From Bacillota bacterium (lineage in GTDB: Bacteria > Bacillota > Clostridia > Lachnospirales > Cellulosilyticaceae): DNA of 64,000 bases. Of the stretch, positions 56,541 to 64,000 are shown piece by piece. The translations under genes and the position numbers were made by a program. Below the pieces are notes generated by a model that was not told where the DNA came from, did not search any database, and was given only the letters and a program-made list of their open reading frames with translations. The stretch lies in NCBI GenBank assembly GCA_023436395.1, contig JAEZJJ010000004.1, positions 2,285 through 66,284 of the forward strand, written 5' to 3'. Position 1 is the stretch's first letter. Each line of letters starts with the position of its first letter.

Positions 56541-57596
56541 TTGAAAACAATTGTACTTACAGGTGGGGGCACAGCAGGACATGTGACACCAAATTTAGCA
56601 TTAATACCAAGTCTTAAGGAAAATGGATGGGATATTAAATATATTGGTAGCCATCAAGGGATTGAGAAAGACTTAGTCACAAAAGCTAATATACCTTATT
56701 ATGGCATAGCCTCAGGTAAGTTACGTCGCTATTTATCAGTAGAAAACTTAAAAGATCCTTTTAAAGTTGTAAAAGGTTATTTTGATGCTTGCAAGTTACT
56801 AAAGGAGATAAAGCCTCAAGTAGTATTTTCTAAAGGCGGATATGTAACAGTACCAGTTGTACTGGCAGCACATAAATTAAAAATTCCTGTTATTATTCAT
56901 GAATCAGATATGACACCAGGACTTGCAAATAAAATTGCTATTAAAAAAGCTAAAACAGTATGTGTAAATTTTGAAGAGACCCTTAAATATGTAGGAGACA
57001 AGGGCATTTATACAGGTTCACCTATTAGAGAAGAACTTTTTAAGGGAGATAAAGAGATTGGTAGAGAACTTTGTGGCTTTAAAGAGGATAAACCGATACT
57101 TCTTATGATGGGAGGTAGTTTAGGTGCAAGGAAGATTAATGAAGTTTTAAGAGAAGCCTTACCTTCTTTAACCACTAAGTTTAACATTATTCATATATGT
57201 GGTAAGAATAATTTAGAGGAGAAATTAATAGGAAAAACGGGATATAAACAGTTTGAATATGTAGGAGAAGAATTACCTCATTTGTTAGCAGTCACGGATT
57301 TTATGCTATCAAGAGCAGGAGCAAATGCATTAGCTGAGATTGTAGCTCTTAACATTCCAAGTTTATTGATTCCTCTTTCAGCAGTAGCAAGTAGAGGGGA
57401 TCAAATATTAAATGCTAAAGCCATGAAGAAAAAAGGGTACTGTGAAGTTTTAGAAGAAGAAAAACTGACTAAAGAAAGCCTATCCAAGATGCTTAATGAT
57501 GTATATAGACATCGTAAAGAGTATATAAATAAGATGAGAGAAGCAACAGAACTGAGTGGGATACAAAAGATTATGCTAGAAATACAAAAATATTAA
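56541..57596 (+). CDS. murG: UDP-N-acetylglucosamine:lipid I N-acetylglucosaminyltransferase MurG
   Basis: TTG start 8 nt after AGGAGG. LTGGGTAGHVTPNLAL, and a C-terminal RAGANALAE...GDQILNA. Confidence 0.9.
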   Translation: MKTIVLTGGGTAGHVTPNLALIPSLKENGWDIKYIGSHQGIEKDLVTKANIPYYGIASGKLRRYLSVENLKDPFKVVKGYFDACKLLKEIKPQVVFSKGGYVTVPVVLAAHKLKIPVIIHESDMTPGLANKIAIKKAKTVCVNFEETLKYVGDKGIYTGSPIREELFKGDKEIGRELCGFKEDKPILLMMGGSLGARKINEVLREALPSLTTKFNIIHICGKNNLEEKLIGKTGYKQFEYVGEELPHLLAVTDFMLSRAGANALAEIVALNIPSLLIPLSAVASRGDQILNAKAMKKKGYCEVLEEEKLTKESLSKMLNDVYRHRKEYINKMREATELSGIQKIMLEIQKY

Positions 57597-57627
57597 TAGA
57601 TAAACTTTATGAAAATGGGGGATAAAC

Positions 57628-58689
57628 ATGTTTACAAACAAACAAGATGTAGAAATGATGAGGAAATTAGCAGAGGGAGAACTTGATAGCTTACTAGAAC
57701 AAATTAATAGTAGTAAAAAGGCACTTTTAAAGGCGGAAACAGTTGAAGAGATTATTGCCATAAGAAGTAAAATTCAAGAAACCACTAAAGGTGCAACTGA
57801 TTTTGTGCAACAAATTGATCAAATGGTTTATAATGTTGACATGCATAAAAAAGTTATTGGGAAGCATATCAATCAGTTAATGTCCTTAGAGCAAACTCTA
57901 GAGAATGAAGTAGGTGTTAGCAAGTCTAAAGGTAAGAATATAGCTGATAAGTCAGTAGATATGAGGGAATTAGTTCATGAGATGCAAGATAAAATACAAG
58001 CATCTGTTGAAAGAACGAATCAAATGGAACAGTTGCTAGTCGTTATAGCAGGAACAATTAAAGGAATTAATGCCACAGGTCAATCAATGAAAAAGCAAGT
58101 TAAAACATTTATAGAAACGGCACAAAATGTTACTAGTAATATTTCTGGGATTTCATCTATTGCAGAACAAACTAATTTGTTAGCACTCAATGCTTCTATT
58201 GAGGCAGCAAGAGCAGGTGAGGCAGGGAAAGGTTTTGCTGTGGTAGCTGAAGAAATTAGGAAATTATCAGATGGTACTAAAGAATTATTAGAGCATATGA
58301 CTCAATCTCTAGGTGACTTAGAGAATGCATCTATGAAAACAAGTGAAGAAGTAGAGGCAACAACAGTAGGTATTGAGAAAATCACTTCAGAAATTCAAGA
58401 AGTAGATAAAAATATTCAAGATAGTAAAATTACTACTAATTCAATTAAGAGTGAAATTGAAAAAATGACTATATATGTAAAAGAAATAGAGACATCTATT
58501 AAAGCAAGTAAAGAACAAAGTGAAATTAGTCATATTGATTATATAAAAGAAACGATATTAGATTTAAAAGAAAATGAACAAGGCCTAGTAGATGTTATAG
58601 AAAATATGAAGACATTGATAAATACTTATGAGAATTTAAAAGTAACAATTAATCAATTAAATAGTTTCAAAATTCTCAGTGGCAAATAA
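57628..58689 (+). CDS. soluble methyl-accepting chemotaxis protein (signalling domain only)
   Basis: Highly conserved hairpin tip [35 protein letters not shown]. No hydrophobic segment. Confidence 0.85.
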   Translation: MFTNKQDVEMMRKLAEGELDSLLEQINSSKKALLKAETVEEIIAIRSKIQETTKGATDFVQQIDQMVYNVDMHKKVIGKHINQLMSLEQTLENEVGVSKSKGKNIADKSVDMRELVHEMQDKIQASVERTNQMEQLLVVIAGTIKGINATGQSMKKQVKTFIETAQNVTSNISGISSIAEQTNLLALNASIEAARAGEAGKGFAVVAEEIRKLSDGTKELLEHMTQSLGDLENASMKTSEEVEATTVGIEKITSEIQEVDKNIQDSKITTNSIKSEIEKMTIYVKEIETSIKASKEQSEISHIDYIKETILDLKENEQGLVDVIENMKTLINTYENLKVTINQLNSFKILSGK

Positions 58690-58724
58690 GGTATAAATGT
58701 CATTGAATTGTAAGTAATAGGTTA

Positions 58725-58753
58725 GATTCCCCCTTTGTACTGGGGGAATTTTG
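58725..58753 (+). terminator. rho-independent terminator of the MCP gene
   Basis: ATTCCCCC / GGGGGAAT stem followed by TTTT. Confidence 0.75.
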
Positions 58754-58854
58754 TGTTGAGGACATAATAACAACATAATTTTTAATAATAAAAAATAGGG
58801 ATAAAAATAATAATAAAACAAATTCTAAAGTAAAGTAGTAAAGGACTACATTAC

Positions 58855-58883
58855 TTGACACAGATGTTTTATAATAATACAAT
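58855..58883 (+). promoter_or_regulatory. sigma-A promoter for pyrG
   Basis: TTGACA (58855-58860), 17 nt, TACAAT (58878-58883). Confidence 0.5.
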
Positions 58884-58907
58884 AAAAAAGTTAGTGTGAG
58901 AATATAA

Positions 58908-60539
<1,632 letters not shown>

Positions 60540-60547
60540 GAAATTCA

Positions 60548-60594
60548 TAAATAGGCTTAAAATCCAAAAAAGGGTTTAAGCCTATTTAGTTTTC
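60548..60594. terminator. bidirectional terminator between pyrG and the HD-GYP gene
   Basis: AAATAGGCTTAAA / TTTAAGCCTATTT 13-bp stem. Confidence 0.75.
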
Positions 60595-60619
60595 CTGATT
60601 GTACTATACAATTAGCATT

Positions 60620-61675
60620 TTAAGTGCGTATATCACCTAATCTTTGAAGGATAGAAATATCCTTGTTTTTTGATAGATCTAACCTTTCGAAAGTTTGTGA
60701 AGAACCTACTTTGTTATATACTACCCGAACAACTGGATTAATTAAATCTTGTGCATAATTTTTCTCTACGATGCCAATTGAACCATTACTTAAAAGGACA
60801 GCAGCACCTACAGGATAAAAGTTTAAAATACTTTCTAAGGCAGTACGAATTTCTAGATTTAGTTTTTCTTTGTGAAGGGTAACAATGGCTTCATTAATAT
60901 GCATTGCCTTACGATAACATCTTTCTGTTGTAATGGCATCAAAAACATCGCAGCAGGCAATAATTTTTGCTCCAATATGTACATCCGGACCTTTACCTAA
61001 AGGATAGCCAGAACCGTCTTCTCTTTCATGATGGCATAAAACACTTACCTTTGAAATCGCACTAATGGAGGCATCGTTTTTAATGAGGTTATAACCAATA
61101 GTCGGATGTTGTTTAACTACCCGAAATTCTTGTTCTGTGAGTTTTCCTTCTTTTGTAAGGATTTCTTTAGGAATAAAAAGTTTACCGATATCATGAAGTA
61201 AGCTTCCTACTAAAATATCCTTGATTTGAGACATGGGTAAACTTAATTTTCGGCAAACAATATAAGCCAGCAATGTTACACCAATGGAATGATCATATGT
61301 ACTTTCATCGTTAGTCTTAATATTAACAACATCATAGACTAAATTTTGATGATTAATACTTTCTATTATCCCTTCAGCGATATAATGAATCCCTTCTGCA
61401 TTGATTTTCCCTTCGGTTTTAATTTTAGAAATTTCCTCCTTTAAATCTTTAGCAATAAGAGTTCTTTTTTCTTGCGTTATAAGCTCCACTGGTTCAATAC
61501 CTTCAGATATAGAATCTTCTATGTAAATAGAAGAAATATTATAATCTAAAAGCTTTTGTTTAAAAGATTGTTTATAGATGGTGCTTCTTTTTAAGAGAAT
61601 AACCCCATTTTCCCTAACAATATCCCGTGCAATAAGTTCCCCTCCTATTAAGCAATCAATAGATACTAATCTCAT
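60620..61675 (-). CDS. HD-GYP domain protein (putative c-di-GMP phosphodiesterase)
   Basis: HDIGK, HHEREDGSGYP. The N-terminal roughly 130 aa is an uncharacterised domain. Confidence 0.85.
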   Translation of the reverse strand: MRLVSIDCLIGGELIARDIVRENGVILLKRSTIYKQSFKQKLLDYNISSIYIEDSISEGIEPVELITQEKRTLIAKDLKEEISKIKTEGKINAEGIHYIAEGIIESINHQNLVYDVVNIKTNDESTYDHSIGVTLLAYIVCRKLSLPMSQIKDILVGSLLHDIGKLFIPKEILTKEGKLTEQEFRVVKQHPTIGYNLIKNDASISAISKVSVLCHHEREDGSGYPLGKGPDVHIGAKIIACCDVFDAITTERCYRKAMHINEAIVTLHKEKLNLEIRTALESILNFYPVGAAVLLSNGSIGIVEKNYAQDLINPVVRVVYNKVGSSQTFERLDLSKNKDISILQRLGDIRT

Positions 61676-61910
61676 ATATAAACCATCTCCTTCAAAAAAT
61701 CGACATAATTATATATAATGTACAAAATAATCAGAATAAATTCAATAACAATTTAAAAAAATTCTGATTATTTAATATAATTCTTATATTATCTGAATGG
61801 ATAAGATTTAATTATAGCTTAATTGCATATAAAAGGGGATGCCATAAACTAATCAAATTGATTAATATGCCACACCCCCCTATGATATTTAGTTTCTAGT
61901 ATGTTTTGAC

Positions 61911-62981
61911 TTAAGCTTGCATAACTGTTTTGAGTTTTTCTAATCCTAGTATAATAAGAGCACCTATAATAAAGGATATAATATTAAAGGTTTCAAATGT
62001 CATTGGAACTTGAGGGGTATCTAAAGTACTTGGGCCCATAATTACAGCATATAGAGAAGCAATCATTAATCCAAATATAAAATATATAAGTTGTGAACGT
62101 TTTGTTTTAAGAAGTTTACTAATAATATGAACAACACTTCCTAGGCCTACTAATACTCCGATACCAAATACAATAAGAAGTAAGAAGCCTCCCAGATTAA
62201 ATTGTGGCATAGCAGGGACATCAGTTTTGCCTAACCAGTTACCTAGAAGATGTTGGGCTAATAAAATAAAATAGTTAATAAAATCTTTAATATTAGTAAT
62301 GATTGTAGAATAAAGGCCAAAGATAAGAAGTAATGTGGAACCAGAAATACCAGGTAGAACCATAGCAGAGATGGCAATCATGCCAGCAAAGAAAACATAT
62401 ATCCCCATACCAATAGAGAAATTACTATTGGTAGTAGTGGCTATATCTGTTGAAATGTCATTTGATCCAACAGAATTTATTTCTACTTGAGTAGTATCCC
62501 CACTAGCGATATCCTTAGTGATTGATGTTTGTATTTTGTTTTTGCTTATTTGATCCATATTTGTCTTAGATATAGGATTAAAATAAGTAATGAGTGCCAC
62601 AATAGCAAAACCAATTATTAGATAAATAAAATGCTTGTTGTTACCTTTAATAACATCTTTTTCCTCCTTATATATAAGAGGAATAGAAAAGGCAATAAAT
62701 CCTAAAAATAAAGAACTAATAGCATAGATATGGGTATCTAATATAGAAGAAATAAGCAGGATGGAAATAACCATACCAATGACCCAACCAACACCTATTT
62801 TTAATAGAAAAATAAGTGCCTCTTTTTTTTCTGATTTTGAAGAGTGGGAGGTAAGGGCCGTAATGGAATCAATAAACTGATTATAAAATCCCATAACAAA
62901 AGCAATAGTTCCACCAGAAACACCAGGAACACTATCGGCGAATGCCATGAACATACCTCGAATTAAGTTAAAAATAATCAT
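61911..62981 (-). CDS. DUF368-family membrane protein
   Basis: ATG 62981 follows GTGAGG, whereas the track start 63023 lacks an RBS. Duplicated motifs ADSVPGVSGGTIAF and VLPGISGSTLLLIFG. Confidence 0.7.
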   Translation of the reverse strand: MIIFNLIRGMFMAFADSVPGVSGGTIAFVMGFYNQFIDSITALTSHSSKSEKKEALIFLLKIGVGWVIGMVISILLISSILDTHIYAISSLFLGFIAFSIPLIYKEEKDVIKGNNKHFIYLIIGFAIVALITYFNPISKTNMDQISKNKIQTSITKDIASGDTTQVEINSVGSNDISTDIATTTNSNFSIGMGIYVFFAGMIAISAMVLPGISGSTLLLIFGLYSTIITNIKDFINYFILLAQHLLGNWLGKTDVPAMPQFNLGGFLLLIVFGIGVLVGLGSVVHIISKLLKTKRSQLIYFIFGLMIASLYAVIMGPSTLDTPQVPMTFETFNIISFIIGALIILGLEKLKTVMQA

Positions 62982-63100
62982 AATGTACCTCACTAAAGTT
63001 TTATTTTTTGTTTGAAATGTCACATTCTTGTGTTTTACATTAAATTAAGTATATATGAGGGTACAAGGTGAAGCAAGAAAAAATTATAAATTCGTATAAT

Positions 63101-63442
63101 CTAATGAAGAAGTGTAAAAAGATAAACAAGGTGCAAACCATTAATAGTCACATAAATGAGAATGATAAAATTTGCAGCCCATTCACAAAAGGCACAAAGT
63201 TCTTTTGTGCTACGCTCTAGAAAGTGAAACAAAAATACTAAAGCTATTCCAGGACAGAATACCTTGATTAATAAGCAAAGATAAGGATTAACAACAATAG
63301 AGCGCATAATAGGATTGGCTTCGTAAAAGCCACCTGTTTTTAAGAATGTGTAAGTAAATAATATATCAGTGCAGTTAAGAATATAAAGTACCCAAAACTT
63401 ATGAATAAGTTTTTGAGAAGTTACGGTATTGGTCAATTTCAT
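63101..63442 (-). CDS. small membrane protein, DUF5658-like
   Basis: ATG 63442 follows AGGAGG. NCTDILFTYTFLKTGGFYEANPIM pattern with 3-4 TM segments. Confidence 0.5.
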   Translation of the reverse strand: MKLTNTVTSQKLIHKFWVLYILNCTDILFTYTFLKTGGFYEANPIMRSIVVNPYLCLLIKVFCPGIALVFLFHFLERSTKELCAFCEWAANFIILIYVTINGLHLVYLFTLLH

Positions 63443-63561
63443 AAATACACCTCCTAAGGAGATTATTGACAAAAAAATAGAAATTTATAAACCAAGCTTG
63501 ACAAGATGAGTTACCCCTTTTAAACTTTGTTTATCAAAGTGTTATAGTAATGGAGGAGAAA

Positions 63562-64000
63562 ATGGAAGGTTCAATCAAAATTATTAATGAGCTTTTAGTA
63601 GAATTGTTTAATGATATACTCAATATAGAGAAAGAATCCCTCAAAAATAGTCATTTTAGTGATTTGTCAATTACAGAAATGCACGTTTTAGATGCTATAG
63701 GATTAGAAGATAGAACAATGACAGAAGTTGCTAGTCAAATAGGGGTTACAGTAGGGACACTTACTACTTCAATTAATCGTTTGGTGAAAAAAGAATATGT
63801 ATTGCGAGAAAGGTCAGAAACAGATAGGCGCTATGTACAGATAAAACTTTCTAAAAAAGGGAAATTAGCATATAGAGTACATGAAGCTTTTCATGAAAAA
63901 ATGGTAAGAACAATGACCGATTGTTTATCTAGTGAAGATAATGAAGTATTAATAGTATCTTTGAAGCGCTTAACTCAATTCTTTAAGGATAATTATAGTG
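63562..64000 (+). CDS. MarR-family transcriptional regulator, 3' end at or beyond the window edge
   Basis: Not in the ORF track because no stop falls in the window. RBS GGAGGAG. LSITEMHVLDAIG...MTEVASQIGVTVGTLTTSINRLVKKEYVLRERSETDRRYV winged HTH. Confidence 0.8.
   Translation, partial: MEGSIKIINELLVELFNDILNIEKESLKNSHFSDLSITEMHVLDAIGLEDRTMTEVASQIGVTVGTLTTSINRLVKKEYVLRERSETDRRYVQIKLSKKGKLAYRVHEAFHEKMVRTMTDCLSSEDNEVLIVSLKRLTQFFKDNYS

Overview
This is a chromosomal, mostly housekeeping segment from a low-GC, AT-rich Firmicute. The gene content (BofA, a YtaF-like protein, two PFORs, ferredoxin) suggests a spore-forming anaerobe of the Clostridia type. I call 53 protein-coding genes (42 on +, 12 on - counting the pseudogene), one pseudogene, one tRNA-Pro(GGG) and a long Bacillus-type SRP RNA. 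I found no CRISPR array, IS element, integrase or prophage gene. Gene content in order: a THUMP methyltransferase (5' end outside the window), a LytTR regulator with a small membrane protein and an ABC-2 exporter, a complete LivJHMGF-type branched-chain amino-acid transporter, CvfB, DedA, tRNA-Pro, a membrane-anchored Mrr-like protein and a Crp/Fnr regulator. Next come a DUF4358-MBOAT-DHHW surface-acylation-like operon, bifunctional GshF, two tandem pyruvate:ferredoxin oxidoreductase paralogs flanking a TIM-barrel isomerase gene, a decayed PHP phosphoesterase, AlaX, DUF2225, ferredoxin and pyruvate kinase. The conserved tadA-SRP RNA-dnaX-ybaB-recR-bofA backbone follows, interrupted twice by accessory blocks. 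The window ends with AsnB, malic enzyme, MurG, a soluble MCP, PyrG, an HD-GYP protein, DUF368, DUF5658 and a MarR gene (3' end outside the window). The signal I consider most worth follow-up is a dense DnaA-box cluster at 50322-50496. It overlaps a consensus sigma-A promoter and is followed by a hairpin terminator, far from any dnaA/dnaN gene. Secondary items are the PFOR duplication with contrasting codon usage and a perfect palindrome at the predicted +1 of the second copy, the uncharacterised MBOAT/DHHW/DUF4358 operon, an orphan FliS-like gene behind a twin-permease ABC-2 transporter, and a membrane-anchored Mrr-like protein whose catalytic motif looks degenerate. All functional calls come from reading motifs by eye, with no database search, so family names for poorly conserved proteins are tentative.
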